Made by a program: the position numbers and the translations under genes. This document shows, one piece after another, positions 26,265 to 38,399 of a stretch of DNA of 64,000 nt. Below the pieces are notes generated by a model. That model was not told where the DNA came from. It worked only from the letters and a program-made list of their open reading frames with translations, and did no database searches. The first letter of the stretch is position 1. Each line of letters opens with the position of its first letter. This DNA is from Diadema antillarum (lineage: Eukaryota): contig NW_027271187.1 of the NCBI RefSeq assembly GCF_040938485.1, positions 1,302,001 through 1,366,000 on the forward strand. Direction: 5' to 3'.

Positions 26265-29200
26265 GGCTAAAGATGGCAGGATTCGAGCAGCTGACCGACG
26301 AAGTCCTCCAGCTCTTAGCAGTAAGCACAGCAGAGCAACTACTGAAGGCGGCAGCAGAGCTCAAGCTGAGGATGAGGTGGAGGAGGCCAAGTCTAAAGGT
26401 CGACTGGGACTGAAGTGAATGATCAAGCGCTTCCTCGATGGAGACGAACTGATGGAGACGAACTGATGGATGCAGAGGATGGAGGTGAGTCAGAGTGGCG
26501 TAAGGTAGGTAAGGTTTGGGATTGGGGGAGAAAGGTGAAGGTGGGCAGATAGAGAAAGAGGACAAGAAGACAGTGGAGCTGCCAACCTTGACATCAACCC
26601 AACCAATGACTCCGCCACCGACCTAGCCGCAGACTAGTCTCGACCCACCACCTGTCTCACAGATGCTATCACACCCATCGTCACCGGCAACCTGGCAGAA
26701 GGAATTCCATATCCTAGGCCAGACAGGGGAACCAAGCCAGAAGGATAAGCTCTCCTTCGTGGCTCTGGCTCGACAGATCAACGTTGGATTGAGGAAGGGG
26801 TTCCCAGAAGAGGAGATCATTGAAGCTGTGGTTCGGGCTGTGGTTCCAGGACTCCCCTTCCGAAGCTGCCTGGAGGGACGGGGAGACATGAACTTCCCGA
26901 TGCTTTGTCTCCTGAGATCCAACTTCAGGGAGAAGGATGCCACAGCCCTCTTCCAGGAGCTTTCAACATCGGTACAGTCCCCGAAGGAGGCCCCTCACAA
27001 CTTCGTGCTCCAGACTCTAGATCTCAAGCAAGGTTCTGTTTGCATCAGAAGAATCAGGAGCTACTATCAGCTATGATGGCGTCCAGGTGCAGAGGATAGC
27101 ACTGAGGGCGATCTCAACAGGACTGCAGGACACCACCATCCAGCATGAGCTAAGGCCAATCCTGCATAATGTCCTGATGAGGAGTTGCTAAAGGTCCTCA
27201 CCAAGGCTGCTGCTCATGAAAATGAGAGAGTCAAAGCTGAGACCTCGATAAGCCAGAGTGGCAGCTGTCACTGAAACACCTGAGCCCGACGCCCCCAAGA
27301 AAAAGAACCCCCCAAAACAAGACAGATTTGACCTCCAGGAGCTGAGGACCAGCATCCAGGAAATTGTGCAGGCAGAATTGAGTGCCCTACAAGCCCCCAG
27401 CCCTAGGGAGAGGGGGTGTGAGGTGTGCAAGAAGGCTGGCAAGGGAGAGAGCTGCACTCACTGCTAGCATTGTGGTAGTGGAGAGCACTTCACAAGGGGA
27501 AATGCAGTGAGCGGGCGCAGAACTCCCCCTACGGAAACGACGGGAGGTTACCCAGATGGGACGAACAGCAACCTCAACAACACCAAAGTCCCAGCCTACA
27601 TCCGTAAATTCCATAGCCAGTAGAAATATAACCCCAAACCCTAGGACAAGAGCAAAGATGGCAAGGCTAGTTGGAAGGAAGTGTATGGTCACGTGCAGTT
27701 TGAACAAAGTACCCGCAGATGTTTTATGGGACACACGTGCCCAGGTGTCGATCGTCTCCTTGAAATGGCTGGACCGCTTTCTACCTACAGTAGAAGTGTC
27801 ACCCCTTTCAACGCTTCCGGCAGATGACAAATCTCTTCAGGTTTCAGCAGCAAATGGAACCGCCATCTCTTTCGACAGGTGGATGGAGCTCCAACTGACT
27901 GTTGGTAAGCCTGACCAGAGACCAGCCATTGCCATCCCTGTCCTTGTTACTACAGAAGATATCGAGCACCTAATCATTGGATTCAACGTCAAAGAGGAAT
28001 TCCTCAAGAATGTCTTCCCAAAACAAGCAAAGAAATGCCTGCACGAGATGCTGCCACAATCACGGTGGGGTGCAGTGAATGCCTTGAACGGCCTCCTTCG
28101 AAAGCACGATGAGGACGAGCTAACTATACCCCCTGGAACATCGAGAGAGATAATGTACAATGTACACCTCCACCTGAATAAACAGACCACCCTACTCCTG
28201 GAACCCGTCCCTACACATGAACTTCCAGATGGCCTGACTGCAGAAGCTACTCCTGTAGACCTAACCATGGGAAGCAGAGCAAAAGTAGCTGTCCCTGTCA
28301 TCAATGACAAAAACTACCCTGTGTCCCTCCCACCGTACACGTGCCTTGGGAGACTAGCAACAGTCCACTTGGTGTTACCACGGGAGTTACTACCAGAGAG
28401 TACCGCAACCAAGACACAGAGTGGCACAGTGGGAGAAGTGTCGGCAAGACTCTGAATCCTCCAACCAGGGTCTGCGTATTCTTCCCCAATCGTGTGCGTG
28501 CGCAAGGACTGGACACTACGGTTGTGCGTGGACTCCCGTCAGCTCAACCAAAGGACGGTGAGTGACCGGCAGCCTATCCCGCGGATTCAAGACACACTCG
28601 ACACCTTGGGAGGCAACAACTCGTTCTCCACCCTCGATCAGGGGAAGGCCTATCATCAAGGGTTTATGGATGAAACCAGCCGACCCCTGACAGCCTTCAT
28701 CACTCCATGGGGTTTTTATGAATGGGTTAGGATCCCATTTGGGCTGAAGAACGCCCCTGCAGCCTTCCAAAGGTGCATGGAAGCATGCTTAGAAGGCCTC
28801 AACAACAAGATATGTGTTACTTACCTCGATGATATCTTGGTATATAGTGACACATTTGACGAACATGTCTCTTGCCTAAGAAGAGTGTTACAGTGAGCAA
28901 GAAAACATGGGATGAAACTGCGCCCAGCGAAATGCCATCTCTTAAAGCGGGAAGTGAATTACCTGGGGCGCATCATCTCCGCAGAGGGCCACAAGTCGAT
29001 ACATACCAGACTTTTCCAAGGTGGTCAAACCAATGTATGATCTGCTTTCTGTCACGGCAGAAGAAACAGCCATCAAGACGTCAAAGGCACCATCAAGAGG
29101 GACCAAGAAGAATGCCAAAGCCCCAATCAAATGGACAAGACTCCACCATGAGCGACTGGAGAAGCTAATTGACCACCTTACTAGACCACCAATTATGGCT

Positions 29201-31300
29201 TTCCCCAATTTCGAGCAACCATTCGTCCTCCATAGGGATGCGTCGAACGATGGCTTAGGGGCTTTGTTGTACCAGCGGCAAGGGGGAAGACTGCGAGTGA
29301 TCGCCTATGCATCTCGAACTTTGACACCAGCGGAACGAAACTACCATCTGCATTCTGGCAAGTTGGAGTTTCTGGCACTAAAGTGGTCCATATGTGACAA
29401 GTTTCGTGACTACCTGTACTATGCGCCCTCCTTCATGGTCTACACGGACAACAACCTGTTGGCATATGTACTATCCACAGCCAAGCTGAATGCAACGAGC
29501 CAGCGTTGGGTCACGGAACTCACCAACTTCAACTTCCAAATCAGATACAGACCTGGACGGACCAATACTGATGCAGACACTCTTGTCTAAAATCTAACGA
29601 GACATGGAAGCATACATAAGAGACTGCATCAAGGAGACTCCATCAGGTGTCATTTGTGCTGCAGTCCCACAGGTCCACTCGACCCAAATTCCGCCCCTGC
29701 CACTGGTTATGAGTCTCACTGCCAACCTGAGCAATGAAGATACAGAAGAAGAATTGGTGATGCCTATCCAAGAAGTCAGCGAGGCAGAGTTAGCCAAAGC
29801 TCAACATAGAGAAACCCTCCTGGGAAACATTGTGCAGATGAAGCAGCAGGGAGTCTCCTAAGGCTGCCTGCTGGAGAAAAGCACCCAAGGAGATGAGAGC
29901 ATTGTTCTGAGAATGGAAGAAGTTGGAGTTGGGCAAGGATGACATCCTCTGCTGGAATTCACCAACAAGACGACAATTGGTCCTACCTGCCAAATACCAT
30001 AGGGGTGCTCTTCACGATCTTCATGTCGAAATGGGCCACCTCGAGGTTGAACGAGTGATGGACTTGGCAAGACAGCGATTCTATTGGCCCAATATGCTGG
30101 GAACAGTGGAGCATTTCATTCATTATGAGTGCAGCCGTCTTGTTTAGCGAAAATTGAATCGTCCCCCGAAGGCCCCAATGGCACCGATCATAACATCTGA
30201 ACCCCTTGAGCTCATTTCCATTAACTTTCTGCATTTTGAAACCAGCAAGGGAGGTTTGAGTATATCCTGGTTGTCGTAGACCACTTCACCAGGTACGCTC
30301 AAGCTTACCCCACCAGGAGAAAGGCAGGGCAGACAGCCGCGGATAGGATTTTTAATGACTTCATGCTGAGGTTTGGATTCTCCCCGCCGGATCCTCCATG
30401 ATCAAGGGGGAGAGTTCGAAAATAAGTTGTTACGCCGGCTACAGCAGCTCTCTGGAGTTAAAAACGCCAGGACCACTCCCTATCACCCCGAGGGAAATGG
30501 CAAAGCAGAATGCTTTAACAGGACTCTCCTTTCAATGCTCAGAACACTGACAGCAGATGCAAAAACCAACTGGAAGGAGCACCTGAATAAGGTAGTGCAT
30601 GCCCATAATGCACAAAGAATGAAGCCACACGCTATGCTCCTGCCTACCAAATGTTTGGACAGACTCCGAGGCTTTCCATTGACCTTGCTTTTGGACTAGA
30701 TACTGAGAACCCATCTGGAGGGGACCACAAGGCCTAATCACACCGATGGAAAGGAGCAATGCAGGAGGTTTATGCCTTGGCCAAGCAGACATCCCAAGAA
30801 AAGGCTGACCAGTCAAGGAGACACAGGGACAGGGCCCTGCACCCTCTCCCGCTTGAAGGAGACCGGGTGTTGGTGAGGAACCTGACCCCACAGTCTGGAC
30901 CTTCAAAACTACGCTCATACTGGGAAAAAGACATCCATGTGGTCAACCGCTGCCTGTCACCTGATATTCCAGTATATGAAGTCTGCCCAGAGAAGGGCCA
31001 AGGGCCACGTACGTGTACTGCATCACAACCTGCTTTTGCCCTGTGACCACTTGGAATCCCAAGTACCAAATGACCAATGTGGTAACCATCGGCATGTTAC
31101 TCCAAAACAGAACCCACAACCACCCATCCCACGCTGGGGAAGACAGGAAGAAAGTGACTCAGAAGATGAGGAAGTCACATGGATCCCGGAGTATGGTAAT
31201 GGTGCCATTCCACCGATATCAAGGACAGCCCCAGATGCCCCAAACAGTCACATGGATGCACAACCACCTCTGTCACCTGTAGGTCATCCCCAGTAACTCA
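26265..31300 (+). pseudogene. Disrupted gag-pol of Gypsy element A
   Basis: ORF-track fragments 26663-27076 (gag), 27556-28455 (protease), 28492-28896 (RT), 29021-29590 (RNase H), 29923-30147 (Zn-binding) and 30373-31046 (integrase) lie in different frames. Confidence 0.9.
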
Positions 31301-31866
31301 GCCAATCGATGAATGTTCTGATTCATCCCCTACAAGTACAGCTGAACCACCGGCACAACATACTAACCCGCCTAGGTCCCGACGTCCACCACCGGTCCTG
31401 ACGTACTCTCAGCTGGGGAATCCACAACAATGGCCAACTGGTGCATCACTCAATGCTTTGTACATGCCAGCGATGCACGAGGGATGGGTCGACATGAACC
31501 AGCCGCCACCGCTCAACCCTTATGCTGTGCCATACGTACCATGGGGAGTATACCCGTATCAGTCACCATTTTCTGGACTGCAGAACACTTTCCTCTGGGG
31601 TCAGCAAAATGAACAATAGAGACAAGCATATGAAAACTCCACGAATTAATGTGTTTTAATGTTAGGATTTGTTGTTCCTAATGTAAATCCCAGAGAAGAG
31701 ATGCAAAGAATATGGGAGTTCCAACTCTAGGTGTATATAATTTGGTATAATTGTAATCATCTTACTTACATAGGTGTTTGGGAAATGTGGCAGAGATGAA
31801 AAGAGCAAAGGTAGAAAATGTAGATGCCAAATTTGTTGAATTGTAAAGGGTATTGATACCTTATTA

Positions 31867-32320
31867 TACAACGTCCAAGTAGATCCTTGTAATTTGATTG
31901 GAGGATTGTTGGTGACGTGATATTCAATAAGTACTCCATTCAACGAGCCGTGCAATTTTGGTTCTATTTTTGCGTGCAACTTGGTTCGATTTTTTCGTTC
32001 TATTCCACGGTTTGAGAAATTGTACGGTACTGCATGTACTGTGTGTTGCTTTGCATATTGAGGATCGCATGCAGCTAGCGCAGTGTACGTGTGCGGTACA
32101 TGCATGCGCGTATGTGGGCCTACGTAGTGCTAAATAGTGTACGTGTATGAGCGCTAGCTGTGACCTGTGTCTACACTGATTGCACAAGCCAGAAAGAGAA
32201 CCGCAGTGGATCCACACGTAAGTATGGCTATATTTTTCATACATATATAGACTTCTAGGCCTACTTAGACCTACCCAACAATCCTCCAACCAAATAACAA
32301 AGATCTACTTGGACGTTGTA
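31867..32320. mobile_element. MITE with about 46-bp TIRs and TA TSD, inside Gypsy A
   Basis: TA|TACAACGTCCAAGTAGATCCTTG... and ...CAAAGATCTACTTGGACGTTGTA|TA. Confidence 0.8.
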
Positions 32321-32326
32321 TAAAAC

Positions 32327-32487
32327 AAATAGTGTATAGTCTTTACTCGGGCAATGGAACGAGATTTCGCACTCGATGAAAGATGAGGAGCACTATTCAA
32401 CTCGGCTTCGCCTTGTTGAATAGAGCGCCTCTATCTTTCACCTCGTGCGAAATCTCGTACCATTGCACTCATGACCATTCACTATTT
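32327..32487. repeat. Palindromic (hairpin) repeat element
   Basis: GCAATGGAACGAGATTTCGCAC... / ...GTGCGAAATCTCGTACCATTGC, with central CTCGGCTTCGCCTTG. Confidence 0.75.
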
Positions 32488-32536
32488 GTATACTAATGGA
32501 TGTCTATGTCAGGATGGGAAAAATTCCACACAAGTT

Positions 32537-33720
32537 CAGGGGTGTATCCAGGATTTTTTCTGGGGGGGTCGTAATCAAAATTTTTGGACCTTTTTTGCGA
32601 GGGAGCGGAGCGACCGAGCGGGGGGAGGGTGTGGGAGGGGGGTGTCCCCCCTCACACGGTAGGGAGTTTTTGAATTTTATATCTTAAAATGGAAATTTGG
32701 TGCATACAAAAGTTACTTTTTCGGCATGGCAGTGCTGCTTAGAAATTTGACCGAAAGATCGGTCTGTATCTGTCCGTCGGGGAATGTTCCGCGGAGACTG
32801 CGTCTGGCTTCACGGATCCCCTCCGTATACAGACCGAAGTCAATGATTGCGGCTCCTGTGTGGAGCAGTCGCGCACAGATCAAACGTTACGATAAACCAA
32901 ATTTCAGACAGCTTTTTTACATTCAAACAAGTATGACATGACATGACACATTATGCAGCAATATTTGGGATAAATTTCTCACATTGTGCAATCGAAATAC
33001 TCACATAACCTCGGTTATAATGCAGAAATTTTATCGATATCGCAACATCGCCGTTCGCGAGCAGTAAGTCGCCATTTTGAATCTGTAACAATTGCTAAGC
33101 CAATCACATGCGAGGTACGTGTTTTAGTAAAACAAACACGTAGAAACTACCTCGCATGTGATTGGCTAATAGATTCATAGTGTATGTTTCTGCAGTTTGA
33201 ATGTGACGACGCGACAGGCTGTGTTTTACGTTGAAAATTCTCCTAAAATGTTGGATTATTCATTAATCTGGTGAGTGTAACGTATTCTTAAAAAAATAAT
33301 TTCACCATACAAGCTTAAATTTGCCGACCTAGGGCCGTGATTTAGACGCAATCGAGAAGGGTGAGGTACCTCACCCAATTTTCCATAGAGACAGTGGTTA
33401 AGAACATCCACACAGCAATGGGTACTGCAACCTTCCGTCTGTCTACGGAGGACAGCGTTAATGGCAAAATATAAAAGAGTCCTCCGGACAGACGGATCTT
33501 TCTGTCTACTTAGAAATAAGGTATGGCATTAAAATTAAGTTACGAAATTTACGAGGTTTTTGACAATTTGCTGGAACACCACTTGGTCACTTTTTTTTTT
33601 CCTGTCGTATATGGGGTAAAAAGCCCTCCAAAAACAAAAATGTCTTTTACAAAAAGTGGACCTTTTGAAAATTTGGGGGGGTCGTACGACCCTCCCGACC
33701 CCCCCTTGCATACACCCATG
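32537..33720. mobile_element. Non-autonomous DNA transposon with 5-bp TSD, inside Gypsy A
   Basis: Termini CAGGGGTGTATCCA / TGCATACACCCATG (12/14 inverted match), flanked by AAGTT on both sides. Confidence 0.75.
32747..33508. mobile_element. Mutator-like (MULE) non-autonomous element, long copy
   Basis: TIRs TTGACCGAAAGATCGGTCTGT / ACAGACGGATCTTTCTGTCTA, with exact 9-bp TSD CTTAGAAAT. Confidence 0.85.
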
Positions 33721-34185
33721 AAGTTAATAGGGATGGCCACTCTCTTAACTTGAGCTATGTAACAGAGGACCCCTCTAGTAGCTGGAAATCGTGATGCAAT
33801 TCTTGTAAGTAAGCATGTAGGTGGTTGGAGCCCATGATGACAATGATCGAATTTAAGAGTGAAATGTTTTATGACATGTAGAGTATATTTCAACGGTATA
33901 CACAAGCCTTCCAATTCGGGGGGAGAGTGTGGGCAAGCCCACATAACAAAAAAAGCAACATGTTAAGACTAAATGATACAGAAGAGGGACTTTCTTCCAG
34001 AAAGAACCCCCTAAAATAAAGATGGTTTAACCCAGAACAGGGGAGAGAGAAGAAGTTGTGGTTAGTGGCCATGATGTAATTCACATCGTGTCACTGACTG
34101 AAGTAACATCATATGGCCTCTCCTCCTGCTTTATTCAGTGTCAGTGATATTACCTCGGCGCCTGTGACCCTTGGCGGGTGCTACA

Positions 34186-35296
34186 ATGATCACTATGTAA
34201 CAGACCCCAAAAAATCGTGACTGCGTTTAATACCCACTTTGTTACTGTAGGTAAAAATGTACGGAATGAAATACCTCACATGGAAAAGTCTGCATTGGAT
34301 TTCCTTCCTCAATTAGAAGATGTATTTCAGTTTCATGAGGTTTCAGTTCAGAAGGTCTCTGATCTGTTATAAAGTCTCCCCAAGGGTAAAGGTTGTGGAC
34401 AAGATGATATATCGGCCAAATTAATTCATGAAATATTACCATGCATAGTTGTACCTCTCCATCATATCATAAATCTATCTCTGAAAAGTGGAGATGTACC
34501 ATAAAAATGGAAAATGTCAAAAGTACCTACCATATTCTAAAAAGGTAGCATTGAAATTATGAACAATTACAGACAAATTTCTCTTATGTCTGTATTAGCT
34601 CAAGTTATTGAGAAGATAGTACTTGAACAAACATATAAATACGTGACAGATAAAAAAATCTTAATGGAAATCCAATCGGGTTTCCAACCACATCACTCCA
34701 CCTGCTCTGCGGTCCTATATACAACAGACGATGCTGTAGAAAATGTGGATGAAGGATTACTTACTGGCATGGAAAAGTTGGACTTACAAAAGGCTTTTGA
34801 TAGCTTAGTTCACCAGATTCTTCTCAACAAACTTCATTTCATTGGCATACAGGATACTACCCACAAGTGGTTTGAGTCATATTTGTCATCTCGTTCTCAG
34901 TATGTGTATATGAATAGAATACGATTGGAGTATACCGCAAGGGTCTGCACTCGGCCCGTTACTGTTTTCATTATACATAAATAATTTGGTAATGTAGTCA
35001 AAAAATCTACATTACCATTGTATGCTGTTGATACTTGCATTGCAGTTCTAAAAATGTGATTGAAATTAAGTCATTCCTTGAAAATGACTTACTAGCTATA
35101 TTATCAATATCGTTGCTTGCAACAAACTTTAGTTGAATTTAATTAAATGTGAATTTTTATTAGTTGGTACACGAAATCGGCTTAAATAAGTAGATAAAAG
35201 AATTACAGTATCATTAGATGGCGATGTGATTAAGAGAGTGAAAAGCACAAAATATTTCGGTATCTTTATTGATGAATATTTGGAATGGGGAGCGCA
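34186..35296 (+). mobile_element. CR1/L2-group LINE ORF2 remnant, RT part
   Basis: NYRQISL..., QSGFQPHHST, DLQKAFD, PQGSALGPLLF, LYAVDT (degenerate YADD) and KYFGIFIDEYLEW. Frameshifted. Confidence 0.9.
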
Positions 35297-36755
35297 TGTT
35301 GTAATGTATTGCCCATGTGCCCTGTAACCACATAGCAGAAATGGAAGCACATGAAATAGGGGCATAAACCCTGGGAATACTGGATGGGGCTGACCACTGC
35401 CAGACAGGACCTGTCCCCATATATTTCATTCTGACCAGGGACCACTCCTGGCATTCATGAGGTCGAAGCCATGTGCTTCTGGTAGAAAAATATTCAGTCT
35501 GTTTCTGTACTCCATAAGATAAACATGAAGGTTGGTTCCACTCCACATTATAGTAGTTTTTGTTGAGTACTTCGGTATTTTCTACACTGGCGATGAGGAT
35601 TATACAGACATACGCGTGACTATGGCTTTGATCGGTAAAGAGGATGAATTTCGCCCTGACCATGATGGGTGGGACCAATATACTGAGAGACTTGAGCACT
35701 ATTTTGGTGCCAATGGTATTACAGACTCCGGTAAGCAGCGGGCCATCCTGCTTACTGTCACCGGCGCAAAGGCCTACAGCCTTTTAAGGAATCTTGTGTC
35801 TCCCGCAAAACCAGGCAATAAAACATTTGACGAACTCTGTGCCCTTATGAAAAGGCACTATAACCCGGTCCCGAGTGAAATCGTTCAACGCTGTAAGTTC
35901 AACAGCCGTTTTCGGAGCGAGGGGGAGTCTGTGGCTGACTTCGTGGCATCCCTCCGTTCGTTAGCCGAGCACTGCAATTATGGCCAGCAGCTCGACATGA
36001 TGCTAAGGGATCGCCTCATTTGTGGCATAAATGATGACAATATTCAGTGTCGCCTCCTCTCCGAACAGAAGTTGGATCTCAAGGGAGCAATCGACATCGC
36101 TCAGGGGATCAAAACGGCCAACGCCAATGTCAAAGACCTGAAGTGTGCGCAGGCGTCTTCGGCAGCTGGGCAGGGGGAAGTACACAAATTCCAATCGACA
36201 TCGAGTTCGCCGAAGTCCAGTACTGGGCGTGCCCCGGCGCAACAGCCCCAGAAGGCATGTTACCGATGTGGTGCTACTCACTCTCCTGACACCTGCAGGT
36301 TCAGAAACAACACATGTTTTAATTGCGGGAAGACAGGCCACATCGCACGAGTGTGTCGTAGCCGCCGAAACGACAATGTGCACGTGGTGGATGAGGAAGA
36401 CGCACAAACCAGCGAGGACTGTTTGGACCGTCCTGAGAAGGAGGGTACTTCGCAAACACACTCTTTTTAATGTGAAGACTGGGCCTAACCCTCCAATGAC
36501 AGTGACAGTACTGATCGATGACGTCGAGACGGAAATGGAGGTTGACACAGGGGCGTCGCTGTCGCTGATACCCGCCAGGAAGTTTGAGAAATGTTGGCCC
36601 GGAAAAGCCCTCAGGCCATCTTCAACAAAACTTTGCACATACATGGGAGAACTTCTCGACATCAAAGGGGAGATCGACGTCGCAGTCGAATATAGACAGA
36701 AAACATACAATCTGACACTGATTGTAGTAAATGCTGCCGGACCGTGTCTTCTCTT
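35297..36755 (+). mobile_element. 3'-truncated Mag-like Gypsy element (element B): 5' LTR, PBS, gag, protease
   Basis: LTR TGTTGT...CTACA at 35297-35586. PBS-like TGGCGATGAGGAT at 35588-35600. ATG at 35622 opens gag (WDQYTERLEHYF..., RDRLICG, CYRCGATHSPDTC, CFNCGKTGHIARVC). Protease EVDTGASLSLI follows after one frameshift. Confidence 0.9.
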
Positions 36756-37688
36756 TGTAAGACAGCCGTACGAACGTCGTACGAACATTGTAAGAACTAC
36801 GCAAGATTTTGTAGGGTCGAGAGACGATTCTAAAAGCCTTAAATTCTTACGATTGTAAGAATGCCTTCAGTTGTTCATAGAGGGCTCTTACGTCTTTCGT
36901 TAGAATGCCTTACGAACGGAGATTCATACTGCGTTCTTACGAACAACACAGTTTGTAAGACGTTCGTAAGGGACTCGTAAGGCGTAGGTACACAATTTGT
37001 GCAACTGTTGAGTTTTAGGGGGTATAAAGCCAAACACGCGAAGCTCAAATCCTCACTCTGTTCTAGTTGTTCGACCAGAAAGCATCTCTGTTAAATATGG
37101 GACCAAAAGGGAAGGCAATCAAAGGGAAAAGGGGGAAGGGGAAGAAAAGAAAGGAGTAGGATGAGAAGGAAGGAGCGAGAGGGGGAGAGTTGGAGCAACA
37201 ACCTCAAGAGATGATGGACATCCGAAGTGACAGGGAGGAGGTAGTGGAAGATTACGAGGAAGAGGAGGAGGAGGAGGAAGAATCATCAAGACGGCAGGAC
37301 ATGGCAGCATCTTTTTAACCCAACAAAATATACCCCCCAAAAATTGTAAAATCTTCTTACGAATGACTTGAGAGTGTCATGAGTTGCATTTACGACCATC
37401 TTCCGACAAAAAAGAAATCGTAAGATGGCCGTAAGTCTGACAAAAGAATAACTCGAGGCATTCATACGAAAAACGTATGAATTCTAAGGCCACTGTATAA
37501 CTGAAAATCATGTCGTTTCTTTAAAAGGTCTTAAGTTGTTCTTGCGAATTAAACAGCGTTTGTACGAAATTTGTAAGAAGGCCGTAAGATCTGTGCCCAA
37601 ACTACGAATCTCTACTACCTCCAGAATTCGTACGAACAGTAACATTTGTACAAACGCATCGTTCGTACGAACCTTTGCGACCGTAGCT
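36756..37688. mobile_element. Harbinger-like non-autonomous DNA element, left end lost
   Basis: Dense TACGA/TCGTA/CTTACGA motifs on both sides. Right terminus ...GCGACCGTAGCT followed by TAA. The superfamily call is inferred from the terminus and the TAA target. Confidence 0.5.
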
Positions 37689-37879
37689 TAACTTTTCACT
37701 CTGTTGATGTAGTGCAACAAATTTTGATGTTTGTGTTTGTTTTTACATAAATCATTTCTTATCATGTTAACATGATTCATGTACACTGATTCATGGCCCC
37801 ATTGAAAACAGCTTTTGCTGATTGGGCATTTTTATCCGTGGTGAAATAAATGAATGAAATTAAAGTAAATTATATGTGT

Positions 37880-38360
37880 TTGTGCACTCAGGCATTTTAC
37901 ATTTGAAAGAGCTGTCAAGTGCATAGAAGCCATACTGCAATCTCAAGACTCAATAAATTGGTGGCACAAAGAATGGACCATGACACTGTTGCTCTTTCAG
38001 AACTTTCTGTTGCTGACTTTCAGATTACATCAGGGCTGCTGAGGTCATGCAATCATGCCTATTCAAGGTACATGACCCACCTGTCTCAACAAAAGGAAAT
38101 GGCTGCAGAAGCAGAACAAGCTGCAAAAGAGGGCTGCAGAAGAAACTGAACTTAATGAAGAAAGGAAGAAGCTCAACAAGCTGGAGCAGACTCTTGTATC
38201 ACTAACCACAGATGTTGACAAGAAGTTGAAAAGAAAAACAACTTCACACTTCTGGCAAAATCAAATGCCTTGAGGCAGAAAACCAAACAAATGGAAGGTG
38301 ATATCAAGAAGCAGAAAAATGTAGTCAGTAAACTATCTGCCTCACTGCAAAAGGTGTAAT
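37880..38360 (+). pseudogene. Degenerate C-terminal remnant of a probable DNA-transposon protein
   Basis: LVAQR..HD.V...IT..LL.SC..AYSRY...L..QKE, then in shifted frames a coiled coil ending LLAKSNALRQK...TAA. The pattern resembles repetitive marine-invertebrate TE proteins; superfamily not determined. Confidence 0.4.
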
Positions 38361-38399
38361 GAGATAACATTATCTCACAAAGTGCAGCCTCTAAAATAT

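Larger units (their letters stand above)
25851..34185 (+). mobile_element. Full-length, decayed Gypsy/Ty3 LTR retrotransposon (element A)
   Basis: LTRs at 25851-26112 and 33928-34185 (TGT...TATA/TACA; about 9 substitutions and 2 indels by eye). Degenerate tRNA-Thr PBS at 26117-26134 (14/18 match to TGGAGGCACCGCTGGGAT). Purine tract GGGGGGAGAG before the 3' LTR. Near-TSD ATGG/ATGA. Gag, protease (DTRAQ), RT (YLDD), RNase H and integrase pieces in Gypsy order, with many stops and frameshifts. Confidence 0.95.

Noticed and set aside
31300-33927. env-like third ORF in Gypsy A
   Set aside because: The interval is explained by MITE, hairpin and DNA-transposon insertions and contains no long ORF.
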